NCBI RefSeq assembly: GCF_004010195.1
Contig: NC_057717.1
Location: 27,685,580 to 27,745,314 of the forward strand
Origin: Chiloscyllium plagiosum
Lineage: Eukaryota
Reading direction: 5' to 3'
DNA: 59,735 nucleotides
Below are positions 14,116 through 25,729 of the stretch, piece after piece (positions within the stretch are counted from its first letter, which is position 1; every line of letters starts with the position of its first letter). The translations under genes and the position numbers were made by a program. The notes under the pieces were generated by a model that had not been told where the DNA came from, did not search any database, and worked only from the letters and a program-made list of their open reading frames with translations.

Positions 14116-14833
14116 TGTTACAATGCTTCTCCTAATTTAAACCAGCCACACAGAATAAATTCACCTCATGCCGTAATCTCTTAGGTTTCGAGAGGCAATG
14201 ATCCATTTACAGAGTCACTATTTAAAGTAAAATTAACAACTTTGTTATTTAAGTACGACAGCGAATAATAAAACAAACAACTATTCCGAAATCCCTTCGG
14301 TTAAACGTATCTTTTCCCTCCCGCTCTACCATACTGGTCTAATGAAAAAAAAAACCTGATTAAGGTTTACAAAAAATATAATCGTGTTACAAAACCAGTC
14401 AGCTTTGTCAATTCTCCTTTGCAAATTTTGTTCTGTAGATGTTACTCTCGGTCAGCTTCGAGGTTTTGCTGTGCAAAGTTCTTACAGACAGATACCTTTA
14501 GGCAGCTCTTCAGCTCGCAGTCTATTTTTGTGGATGTTCTTCGCAGTTGTCCGCCTAAATATTCAAATGTCCGGTTTTATAACTCAAAACATCGGTTCAT
14601 TTCATTGATTTTGATGTCATCAAATACATTACATTTCAAACTCAGTTTGATTTCAGTATGTTGGGGCATAAGTTAAACGGACTGGTGGAATTTCAATTGC
14701 TTTTTGTTCTGTGGCAACTCAGGCTCACTATTGATTTTAATGTCAAATGTTACATTTTAACTTCTTACAGAACACTTTGTGCAAGCTTCCAGTCTCTCTT
14801 AAAGGTAACATATACCTCTACACGTTCATAACA
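14116..14833 (-). repeat. 5' LTR of Gypsy copy 1
   Basis: TGTTA...TAACA termini; adjacent to the PBS-like aaatcgcggacaaagccctca. Confidence 0.85.
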
Positions 14834-15329
14834 ATATCCTTTATCTGCCCTGCATAGCTTTACATAAATTTGATCAATTTAGTAAGTTCACATAATAGTC
14901 TTTTCTACTCCAAAAAAGACCCATTTTCTCTCATTCTTTCTTTACCTAAATATATCTTTCCAGTTATCATTCCAATTAGTTACAATATTACTGGTATTCT
15001 TCGACAAAGTAATGCATTGTGAGTGAGATGAAAGAATGTGATGTAATCACGTTCCCATATGAAGGAGTAAACGTGCAACATTTCCAAGCTTTCTGATATC
15101 AAAAGTGATGTAAAAATCTCCTTTATTCATGAATTGGGAAAGTGAACAAGTGATGTTCATGGACTGAACAGCAGTAATTTAATGAAACTTTACTGGCATT
15201 ATTGAACCACCAAATATTTAGTTTTCTCCCTAGAGTTTAAATTCAGCTGTTTTTCTTTTTCAATTCGTTTTTATCAATATGCAATCATCATCGGTGACAA
15301 AACCAGACGTTGCTTGGAATGTTCAGTAC

Positions 15330-16015
15330 TTCTGGCAGTATCTGTTGTGAGAAAGCTGATTCAACATAGTATAGAGAAATGGGTCTAGGTTGTTTTTTTT
15401 TGCCAATAGTTGACGGTTAGATGCATTAATCAGGGTTAAATGCAGAGTAATAGAGTAAGGGAATGGTTCACGGTGAGTTACTCTTTGGAAGGTCAGCGTG
15501 GACGTGCTGTGTGAAATTGCCTGTTTCCCCACCATAGGTATTTTACAGTTGTATGATTTCTTCATAAAAAGGGCAGTCGGTGCCAGAATCAAGAATGTCT
15601 CTGAGCATGCTCAGGGCATATTGAAGTGGGAAGTTAAACAGCTAGCCGTCGTGGTTCCCTTTGATACCAATGATATCATTAAGAAGATTGAAAGGTTGTC
15701 AGGTCCTGCAAAGAAAGTTCAGGGAGTTAGGAGTAAGTCTAAAAGCAGGATCTCCTGGGTTGTAATTTTGGGATTACTCTCTGTACCACCTAGAAGTGAG
15801 ACAATGAAGCGGAAGATAGTATGGCTGAATATATGGCAAAGAGGATTGTTTCTGATTTTTGAACGATTCGAATCGCGTCGAGTGCACATGGGAACTGTAC
15901 AAAAAGGAAACTGCGCACTTAAACTGGAGGGGCCCCAACATCCTGGAAGGGAGGTGTGTTCGTACAGATTTAAACTGATGATACAGGAGGCTGGGAACCA
16001 AAGCAGCAGGTAAAG
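15330..16015 (+). mobile_element. CR1 fragments: 3' end and ORF1 SGNH-esterase remnant
   Basis: VVVPFDTNDI and VVILGLLSVP resemble CR1 ORF1 esterase motifs; the preceding segment resembles a CR1 3'UTR. Confidence 0.7.
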
Positions 16016-16357
16016 GTTAGTCGAATAAACAGACAGAGCCAGTTTAATGACCATGCTGAGGGAAGTAATCATAACAATTTAACAAATCTGAAAGTGGTCT
16101 GATCATTAATCTGTAAACTGTAGAAAATACTTTCCTATTTCTAAATGTATTTGGTTTTCAAATATTTCCAGATTTATATTGCTTCACCAAAAATGTGCTG
16201 TTGATGCAGAAGTTTGTTTTGTGATCCAGGTTCCCAGTTTCTCATGCTTCAGTTTCGCAGTCTATTCATTGAAATAATACACTGTTATCACATTCAACTT
16301 GCCAAGGTGCTGAAACACAGATACATTTTCCCAACTATGATCCAAAGACCAATACTT

Positions 16358-16835
16358 AGAAACAACAAAGAACAAAGAAAACTTACAGCCCAGGAACAGG
16401 CCCTTCGGAGCTCCAAGCCCAAGCCAATCCAAATGTACTGTCTAAACCTGTCGCCCAATTCCTAAGCATACGTATCCCTCTGCTCCCCACCTGCTCATGC
16501 ATCTGACCAGACGCATCTTAAATGAACCTACCGTGCTTGCCTCTACCACCTCTGCTGGCAACATTTTCCAGACACCCACCACCCCCTGTGTGAAGCAATT
16601 GCTGTGTGTATCCCCCTTAAACTTTTCACCTCTCACCTTGAAAGCGTGACCTCTCGTTATTGAATCCTCTCTACCCACCCTGTCGATATCCTTCATGATT
16701 TTGTAAACCTCAATCAGGTCATCCCTCAATTTCTTTTTTTCTACTGAAAACAAACCTAAACTACTCAACCTCTCTTCACAGCTAACACCTTCCATACTGG
16801 GCAATATCCACGTAAACCTTCTCTGCAACCTCTTC
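16358..16835 (-). mobile_element. 5'-truncated CR1 LINE 3' end
   Basis: ORF 16442-16867 has QRRFTWILP, LGLFSVEKKKLRDDLIEVYKIM; agaaca-type tail. Confidence 0.9.
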
Positions 16836-17179
16836 GGTGGATTTTCCTCTATCAAAACGATTATCAATTTTTAGAACTGCTGAAGTGGATTGTCTTTCGG
16901 AGGAAAATGGCAGAGCAATCAATTTTTAGACACATGGAATGATTTTCATGTTCGGTAGCGTTTGATAAGATTTAGTAGAATTATTGCTACAGTGGACGCT
17001 TCAGTCAGGGGCATCAACAGGTGATTCTGTGGCAGTGACCACAGATTTAGGATGGTTCAGAGATTTCCCTGTTCTCGGATTAAGAACGTCAGGAAACATT
17101 TCAAGAACATTGTTAAAGGGGAGATTGACCCGTCAAAAGGTATAATACATATTGGTAGGAATGGTATTTTGAGGGAAAG

Positions 17180-17317
17180 ATTAAAGCTCAAAGTTTGTGC
17201 GAAGATTTGTAGCTCGGGTGCTCGTTGTTGTGGTTCTGTTCGCCGAGCTGGAAGTTTTTGTTGCAAACGTTTCGTCCCCTGGCTAGGCGACATCATCAGT
17301 GCTTGGGAGCCTCCTGC
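17180..17317 (-). mobile_element. Penelope-like terminal repeat with minimal hammerhead ribozyme
   Basis: Minus strand reads gca-CTGATGA-tgtcgcctagccaggggac-GAAACGTT-tgc (core 17299-17266); same family as 38400-38490; abuts a gap. Confidence 0.75.
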
Positions 17318-17785
17318 NNNNNNNNNNNNNNNNNNNNNNNNNNNNNNNNNNNNNNNNNNNNNNNNNNNNNNNNNNNNNNNNNNNNNNNNNNNNNNNNNNN
17401 NNNNNNNNNNNNNNNNNNNNNNNNNNNNNNNNNNNNNNNNNNNNNNNNNNNNNNNNNNNNNNNNNNNNNNNNNNNNNNNNNNNNNNNNNNNNNNNNNNNN
17501 NNNNNNNNNNNNNNNNNNNNNNNNNNNNNNNNNNNNNNNNNNNNNNNNNNNNNNNNNNNNNNNNNNNNNNNNNNNNNNNNNNNNNNNNNNNNNNNNNNNN
17601 NNNNNNNNNNNNNNNNNNNNNNNNNNNNNNNNNNNNNNNNNNNNNNNNNNNNNNNNNNNNNNNNNNNNNNNNNNNNNNNNNNNNNNNNNNNNNNNNNNNN
17701 NNNNNNNNNNNNNNNNNNNNNNNNNNNNNNNNNNNNNNNNNNNNNNNNNNNNNNNNNNNNNNNNNNNNNNNNNNNNNNNNNNNNN

Positions 17786-18110
17786 AGGTATGCGGAGATG
17801 AGTTCGGTTGGGCAGGAGCAGGCTGAGACGATGGGTCGTCCGGGGCAGTCAGGTTTGTGGATTTTGGGCAGGAGGTAGAAACGGGCGGTGCGGGGTTGTG
17901 GGACTATGAGGTTGGAGGCGGTGGATGGGAGGTCCCCTGAGGTGATGAGGTTATGGATGGTCTGGGAGATGATGGTTTGTTGGTGGGGGGTGGGGTCATG
18001 GTCAAGGGGACGGTAGGAGGAGGTATCTGCGAGCTGGCGTTTGGCCTCAGCTGTGTAAAGGTCAGTGCGCCAAACTACTACTGCGCCTCCCTTGTCAGCT
18101 GGTTTGATGG
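17786..18110 (-). mobile_element. Penelope-like element RT fragment
   Basis: IKPADKGGAVVVW...YRPLDHDPT...FYLLPKIHKPDCPGRPIVS is typical of PLE reverse transcriptase; frame open up to the gap. Confidence 0.92.
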
Positions 18111-18751
18111 ATCTCATCAAAGTGGTTTTGATTTAAAAGACCTTTGAGAGACAGCTACACTTGATAAAAAAAGGAATAGTTTATTAATTATGACATTGTC
18201 TGTTTTCTTTTTTTGACTAAAATGATCTCCTCAGTATCTGAACATTTTCAATACGTTTCTCTGAATAATTTCAGCAAAGATGGTTGTCATGCAGTCCACC
18301 ATCTCTATATCAGCTCTGTATGAGCTGTATCCTCACTATGACTCTGCTGTAGCTCACTGTAACCCCACACATTTTGTTACCTGTGTCTGTTTTTATTTCT
18401 GAATATTACGTCCAGACATAAACAATCTGAACAACCTGTACAACCAGTGATTAAACAGTCTATGTATAAAATATAATTCTGTTTCTCACATTTAAAATTG
18501 TCCTCTTCTGTTCACATTTACATTCCGCATTTCATGGTCCAAAAGTCATCTGTTATCTTGTTCTGTATTGCATTTCATTTCATTTATTAGAAAGAGGGAT
18601 GGTTGAATACTCGTGACTGGGAGATATTACTACTCTGCTCAGGACTCCTCAGCCACTGGCCCCAGTCCTTTCTGTCTCATAGCCAATGTCATATTCATTC
18701 CATCCCCTACTCATTAGTTCATGAGTTTTATTGAACAAGGTTATTGTACAT

Positions 18752-21700
18752 TGTTATGGACCAGGTCCGACCCCCCAAAACATTCTTAAGCAGATAGCAC
18801 AGACCGTAATGTTGTTCTCTGTTGAAGTTAAGTGTATAGTGGATATTCCCAGAATGAATTAGCTGGGCCGACTGCGACTTTTAAACAAACAGAATTTAAT
18901 TACTAAAGTAAGGAATGAAACACAATGAACTGAAAATACAATACCTGAATAATTCATCCTCTCCAAACTTGACAGGCGAGCACAACTTAATGATGCTGTT
19001 CCAAATGACTTGCAACAATTCCAATAAACAAACCCCTGAGTATAAAGAGTAAAACTTACATTCAATAAATTTACATGTTACATGGTCAGAGGGCTGATGG
19101 AGGGGGAAAGCGTCCAGTTTCAACAGTGACCCTGACTCAATTAACTCTCGAACTGAACTGACCTGTGCAGGTGGATAGCTGGTCACATCCCTTGAATTAC
19201 ACCAGTTTTTTTTTGTTGGAGACTTGAAAGCCTTCTGTCCGAGGTATTATTTGTTAGCTAAAAACCAAAGCACCCCAATGAAGCATTCAAAATTGAGACA
19301 TGTTGGAATCTTGGGTTGGTTAGAACATCTCTGAAAACAATTCAAGAACAACATAACCTTGAAAAGAGACCACCTTTGTGACAACTCCCCTAATATAAAA
19401 CTGAATCATCAATATCCAAAGATGTCTTCAGGTTTCAACCCCCCCCCCCCCCCAAAAAAAAAGTGGTTAGTACACTAAAATATGGATGTATATACATTTA
19501 CTATAAACATGCAAAAATGCACAACTACATCCGGATTCAGTGTGTGGTATACCCACTACTGAGTGCCTCAATCTGTCATTCAAGTGTTGACAATGCATCA
19601 ACAATCATGTTTTCAAGGCCTGCCACATGCACAATTTTCTAATTGAATAGCTGCACCAACAGGCTCCAGCAAAACAGTCTCGCATTTTTGTACTTAAATT
19701 TCTCCAAAAATGTCAATGGTTTATGATCAATGTACATGGTTNNNNNNNNNNNNNNNNNNNNNNNNNNNNNNNNNNNNNNNNNNNNNNNNNNNNNNNNNNN
19801 NNNNNNNNNNNNNNNNNNNNNNNNNNNNNNNNNNNNNNNNNNNNNNNNNNNNNNNNNNNNNNNNNNNNNNNNNNNNNATGCACAACTACATCCGGATTCA
19901 GTGTGTGGTAATCCCGTCACTGAGTGCCTCAATCTGTCATTCAAGTCTTGAAAATGCATCAACAATCATGTTTTCAAGACCTGCCACATGCACAATTTTC
20001 AAATTGAATGGCTTTAACAACAGGATCCAGCTAAACAATCTCACATTCTTGTCCTTAAATTTCTCCAAAAACGTCAATGGGTTATGATCAGTGTACATGG
20101 TTGTCTCAGATGTGTGGCTGGTAATATAAACACTGAAATGTTGCAGTGCCAACACAAAGCTCACAGTCACTTTCTCAACTGTTGAATATTTCTACCATTG
20201 AGCATTAAACTTCTCGGAGAAATACTTGATAGGTCTTTCTGTCTTCTCGTCGTTTTCCTGTAGGAGCCTAGCACCGACCCCCAAATCACTCGCATTTAAA
20301 GCCACCTTGAATGGTTTTGCATAAGCAGGTGTGGCTGATAGTGGGACAATGGTTAATACATATTTCATGCCATCCACTGTCTTTGACAGTCCTCTGTCCA
20401 CTGAAACGTCTTAACTTTCTTTAACAATTCCGTGAGTGGAGCAGTCACTTTGCGAAAATGAGGCACAAACCTACGATAAAATCTACACAATTCCAGCAAC
20501 CATAGTACTGCTCCTTCTGTCAACAGTATGGAAAATTCCCCAATTACCTTCACTTTTACATCCCATGACACTGTTTATGTATGTCCAATAGCATGGCCCA
20601 GGAAGGTGATTTGTGTTTTGCCAAATTCAATTTTTGCTCGGTTTACCACCAAGCCTTCCTTCCGAAGCCAATCAAACAAATTCGATAAATGCTGTAAATG
20701 TTCCTTCCATTACTGACTAAAATTCACCATGTCATCAATGTGCACCACACATTGGATAATCTGGTAACTTATTGGTTCGTCCCTGAAATGTGGCCGGCAC
20801 GTGTATCACACCAAATGTAAGTTGCTTGTCCCACATTTTCAACACAGTCTTCCAATCGTGGAACTGGGCATACATCAATCTTTTTAACTACATTGACTTT
20901 ACGATAGTCCACACATTTGGCTTTGGCACCATGACTATGGGTGAGTTCCAGTCACTGTAATGCACGTTGATTATGTCATCTTAGAGCATGCATTCAATCT
21001 TCTTCTGAACCTGTGCCAGCTTTAGAGGATTAAGCCCGTAAGGATGTTGCTTACTCATAACAGCATCTCCTATAGCTACATAATGCACAATTGGGTTAGT
21101 ACTTCCAAGTTAATTTCTGCTTATCTCCCCATGCAATAGTAATAACTATTTCTAGGCATTACAATTTTTCTCATAAAGGTAACTCAATCATTTATCCCAA
21201 TTTTGGACAACTACCTCATTGTCCACTTTATTTAAGGCATGCCATAATCATTAACACCTTCTCCCCTTGCTTTCCTTCCCTGTCAAAATACCTTTTGAGC
21301 ATATTCACACGACATACGCTGCGAGATGTCTTTCTGTCGGGAGTCCTTATCAAGTAGTTACCCCCACTCAATATCCTTTTTGTTTTATAAGGTCCACTAA
21401 ACCTTGCTTTTCAAGGTTCACCTATCACTGTAAGTAACAGTAATAACCTATCCCCGATAGCAAAATTGCAAATTTTAAATTTCCTGTCCGCTTCCTGTTT
21501 TACTGCCTGCTGCAATATTTGTAAATGCTCTCCAGCCAATTCCCCAGCGCTATTAATCGTTCCCAAAAATTTGAGAGACAGTCTAAAAGTGTGACCTTTG
21601 AATTCTGATTTACTACATTTTCCTTAATCAATTTCAATGGCTCAAACACTAATTCAAATCGATTGAATTTGTTCTGTTAATTTGGTGCATCCCTGATCAC

Positions 21701-24300
21701 AAAAAGCGCAAATGGAACTTCCTTATCCTAATCATCTGGATAATCCTGATCATAAGCCCTCAACATGGTCTATAATGTTTAATGTTACCTTTCTCGCGCT
21801 CCCTGCAATTTTGGATGGTACGCAGTAGATTTGAATTGCTTTGTCCCGAAGACATTATCGTGAATAATTTACATGTGAAGTTTGAACGCTTGATCTCACT
21901 GTAGCTCTATTGGTGGTCCATATCTATTTTAAAAAGGAGTAATTCCTCTGCAATTCTTTTAGCTGTGATATTGCATCTTGGGGTAGCCTCTGGAAATCTA
22001 GTCGATGCATCCATTATTGTTTACAAACACTGGTGCCGACTTTTTTTGTGTGTTCGGAGACCCACCCCATCAATTAAGACTCTTTTAAAAGGTTCCTCAA
22101 ATGCCAGAAGGGTTGAGAAAGGTGCAGGCTTTATTATCGCTTGTGTTTTTCCAATTCCCTGGCATGTATGACACGTCTGGTAAAATTCAACTACATTCTG
22201 TTGCAGTTCAGGCCAGTAAAATGTCTCTGTATTTCAGCCTCTGTTTTCTTCACTCCTAAATGACTTCTAGTTGGTAGCTTATGTACGATTCGCATCACCT
22301 CCTTTCTATACCCCATTGGCAAATTGATTTGATGAATCTCTTCCCATTTCTCATCTCCTTGACTATGTGATTGTCTCCATTTCCTTATCTGGACATCATT
22401 TTTAAGGTAATGATACTCAGGGATACATTCAAAATTCCTAACGTTTATGCTTTCTAATACAACTGGTTTAATCTTTTATCATTCTGCTGTGACTCAATTA
22501 GATTAGCTGAACTCAAAATATTTCCATGATCACCTACTTACTCCTGTTTTGTCGCAACTATCTGATGGAACAAAGTCTCTGTCAATTCCACTTAAGCTTC
22601 CTTATCTTTACATTTTTGATATTGCCTGTTTCAACTGGTAACATTTGGACCTTAAAACTCCACAATAAGGATACGACAACTGCATTGCTTCAGTTGCCTG
22701 TGTCTCCACTGGCTTTTCAATCAGAGTAGGCAGTGCTCCTACTGGTGAATCAGCTGTACTTTCCGCAAGGACAAATTGTATTCCTGGAGCTGAGAGTTTG
22801 TCCAATACCCCTACCACAATTGCTCCACACTTTTCTGGACAAGTTATCCTCGCTTTCCAAAATGTTGCACTTTTTGTTTCAAGATGAATTCCCTTTAGCA
22901 TTACATTTTCTGGAAATAGTTCTTCAGGAGTACATACCTCCTCATCTTTCAGCAGCATTGACTGAGAGGACACGGTATTCCTTAATGTTGCATCCTCTTT
23001 ACCTGCCCTGTGTGAATAAACTTTCCCTTTGCAGGAATATTTTCGAAGCAGATCTGGCACTTCCTCCTTAACAAACCTCCAATCAGTTTGTACTGTCTAA
23101 TGCAGCTTTCTAGCTTCCACTGTGCTTTCTGTCACCAGGCTTATCCCGTTTTCCTGCGTCTGTGTTTTTTTTTCTGAACCCACCAACACAGTGATTTCAT
23201 GTGTCCTAATTTGTTGCAATGAAAGCACCAGAGCTTTTTAACTTCTTTGTCTCCTTTAAGTATTTCCTTTTTACCCTGAGGAAAGTTATCGTTGTGATCT
23301 TCACCAATATCTACCTTTCCCTTTCTACGTGAGGATTTCCCTTTGACCAAATTTCTATTCATCATAGACTGAAATTGATTCTGGAAGCCAAAACAAGTTT
23401 TATAATCATTAATCACTAGTCATAATCATTAGCCACTTCAACTGCCAGTCTTGCTGTTTTAACTCTCTGCTCTTCCAAATGAGTTTGCACTATGTCAGGC
23501 AGTGAATTTTTGAACTCCTCCAAATTAATTGTTTTTCGAAGAGCATCGTAGGTTTGCTCTCTTTTTAAAGCTCTTATCCATCTATCAAAATTACTTTGTT
23601 TGTTCCATTCAAACTCAATATGTGTTTGACCTGGAACCCTCTTTAGATTGCTGAAACGTTGTCTGTAGGCTTCTGGCACAAGCTCATTTGCACATATGCC
23701 CTCTTCATACTCCCCACAACCCTCCTCTAATAGTGTTGCGAATACCTCACTAGCTCTATCTACATGTTTTGTTTGGGTCAACAAAACCCACATGGTCACT
23801 GGCCACTGAAATTGTTTAGCCACTTTCTCTGAGTGTCCATCTCTGAAGCTCAAATGCTCTCCCTTTTCCTTTCTCTCCTGCTAAAGCTAATTGTTGTTTT
23901 TTCTCTTTTCTCTGCTAAACCTATTCGTTCTCTTTCTTCCTCTTCTGATTTTAGTCGCAGCTCAAACTACTTTATTTCTGCTTCTAACTCAAGCTGTTTC
24001 ATTTGCGATTGAAGTTTAGTCATCTTCACAGATCATGATGGTCTTTGCAGCAAATTGGAATGCTGAGCTACTGCTGCAATCATCTCATCTTTCCTCACAT
24101 TAGGAGGTAGCTTTAACTCCTTTCGTCTACTAATTCTCGCTGCTTGGACTTACGTGCATTTTGTAAAACCTGCAAGGTCACTGTATCCACGTCCAAAGCA
24201 ACCTTGGTTCCTGCAAGAACCATTGCTATCTGAAGATCTCTTTACTCACCAAATCAACACACGAAATAAGAGACACTAATACCTGCCACTCGCTATCTAA
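18752..24300 (-). mobile_element. Decayed Gypsy LTR retrotransposon, Gmr1-like, copy 2 (only the 3' LTR evident)
   Basis: LTR ~18752-19383 (TGTTA...GACA); gag (ELVPEAYRQRF, EEFKNSLP, CCHC CFHCNKLGHMKSLC); protease region ~22700-23060; integrase (CHTCQ ~22160, HP..QG..ER ~21800, GPY ~21390); RT (VHIDD ~20735); RNase H (ASDLGVG, YTDHNPL, N..VDAFSRL). Confidence 0.9.
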
Positions 24301-24977
24301 ATGTTGGATTGAATTCGAAAAATGTAAATCTTACTGCTTTGAAGCCAATAAAGTTATTAAGGTGTGAGTAAGTTTACATGAAACAGAGCTCAATCGTATT
24401 GTGTGTTGAAGATTAACATTGTCTTACTAGAGCAACGAGAGGAATGTCCAGACAGATCCGCACTTCCTGTGTATGGTCAGGGCAAATATGCCCACTGAGA
24501 ATCTGTTGCTTGTCTCCTGTTCTAGTCGAGGAGAAATCAGCATGGTAACAACATCTGGGATTGTTTTTGTTTTGTGGTTGCTCATGGTGGAGCGTATCGA
24601 CGGTTATAGTATTGCAAATGGAAAACACAGCATAAGCATCTAGCCTGCGATAAGAAAACATCCATCATTGTCTCTCACAACTTACGTCACGACAGTAATT
24701 GCTGCTGGGAGATGTGACCGTTAGCCAGCGATTTCAACATTAAATTCAATCCAATTGTTATTGTGAACTGAAGTAGCATACTGAAACGAGTTAATTGGAT
24801 CTGTTTGTTCAGTGACTGTGACTGATACCAGTCTCCATGGATCCTAATTGTGCCACTGGATGGTTTTCCTTTTTAACTTGCAAATGGCTTCTTGCAATGC
24901 TTTATCCCATTATAGCTGCTGATGCATCACCTCCAACACTAACAGGGATCACCTGTTGCAGAGACAGGGAGAGGAGA

Positions 24978-25115
24978 GATCAGAGTCTGAGAATCATAGA
25001 CTGGAATGTTCCAACAATGGATCAGAATCTGAGAGCATTAGTCTGGAATGTCGCACCAATCGTTCAGAATCTAAGAAAAGTAGACTGGAATGCTGCAACA
25101 ATGGACAAGAGTTTA
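24978..25115 (+). repeat. 42-bp (14-aa) coding tandem repeat, 3 copies plus a partial
   Basis: DQSLRIIDWNVPTM / DQNLRALVWNVAPI / VQNLRKVDWNAATM / DKSL starting at 24978, 25020, 25062 and 25104. Confidence 0.9.
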
Positions 25116-25233
25116 TCCTGGGGTCTTTTCTATGTTTCCTGGTATTGGAACCTATTACCATATCGGATATACGGTGTACTGTTGATTATCCAGGCGGGTT
25201 ACTATCCCATGCTCGCTGTTATCGGTGTTCCTG
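25017..25233 (+). CDS. First coding exon of a GPR139/GPR142-like class A GPCR (shark-expanded family); start codon uncertain (24837, 25017 or 25101)
   Basis: Frame ends LLIIQAGYYPMLAVIGVP, immediately followed by a phase-1 donor G|GTAAGT at 25233/25234. This matches my recollection of the YYP.LA.IGVP TM1 exon end of GPR139-like receptors. Exon 2 not found. Confidence 0.7.
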
Positions 25234-25729
25234 GTAAGTCTCCTCATCTCTATCGATTTATTGATCCCAAAAGCCATGGTGAACTTCAGTGCTATTTCTG
25301 TTCTCTATATTTAGTAAAGACAGAAATTATTGTCTTCAGTTTCAAATGCAAATCCATTCATTCTCCACAAATTTCAGAACTGCACACACCTCCGCCCTCA
25401 CAAACATCTGAGAACAACACTCTTCACAATCCCAAAGTACCTATTTGCCCTGAATTGAATTATGTCTTGTTATTCTCTCCATCACCATAGCTATCCACTA
25501 CCAACTTAATGATATCCCCAGACCCCATCTGGACGTCAGTGCGGGTGATAACTAAATCGATATCTATACCTTGGACACGTACGTCAGGCGCCCAGGTTAC
25601 TACACTAGAGACACTGTTTCAAATCCTATCTCAGATGATGACAGAACTTAAATTCAAATGCCAGGAACTGGAAAGAATGGCGAATTTTACTAACATAATC
25701 ACACCAGCACTTCGCCAATACGTTTCTTA

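Larger units (their letters stand above)
8804..14833 (-). mobile_element. Decayed Gypsy LTR retrotransposon, Gmr1-like (gag-PR-IN-RT-RH), copy 1
   Basis: Two diverged LTRs (~8804-9498 and 14116-14833, both ending cacgttc.taaca); degenerate tRNA-Pro PBS at ~14092-14112; polypurine tract at ~9499-9510; gag (FDEKNVEA, ELKNSLPEMIRIHVEEQKV); integrase zinc motif (CHTCQ, 11124-11396); RT (YPIPTLEDCIE, CAVHLDDVV); RNase H remnant ~9950-10150. Confidence 0.9.

Noticed and set aside
17052-18120. Long ORFs spanning N runs (also 19639-20087 and 47220-47999)
   Set aside because: Length is an artefact of gap characters.
25234-25490. C-terminal part of the 217-aa ORF 24837-25490
   Set aside because: Lies past a consensus GTAAGT donor; intron read-through.
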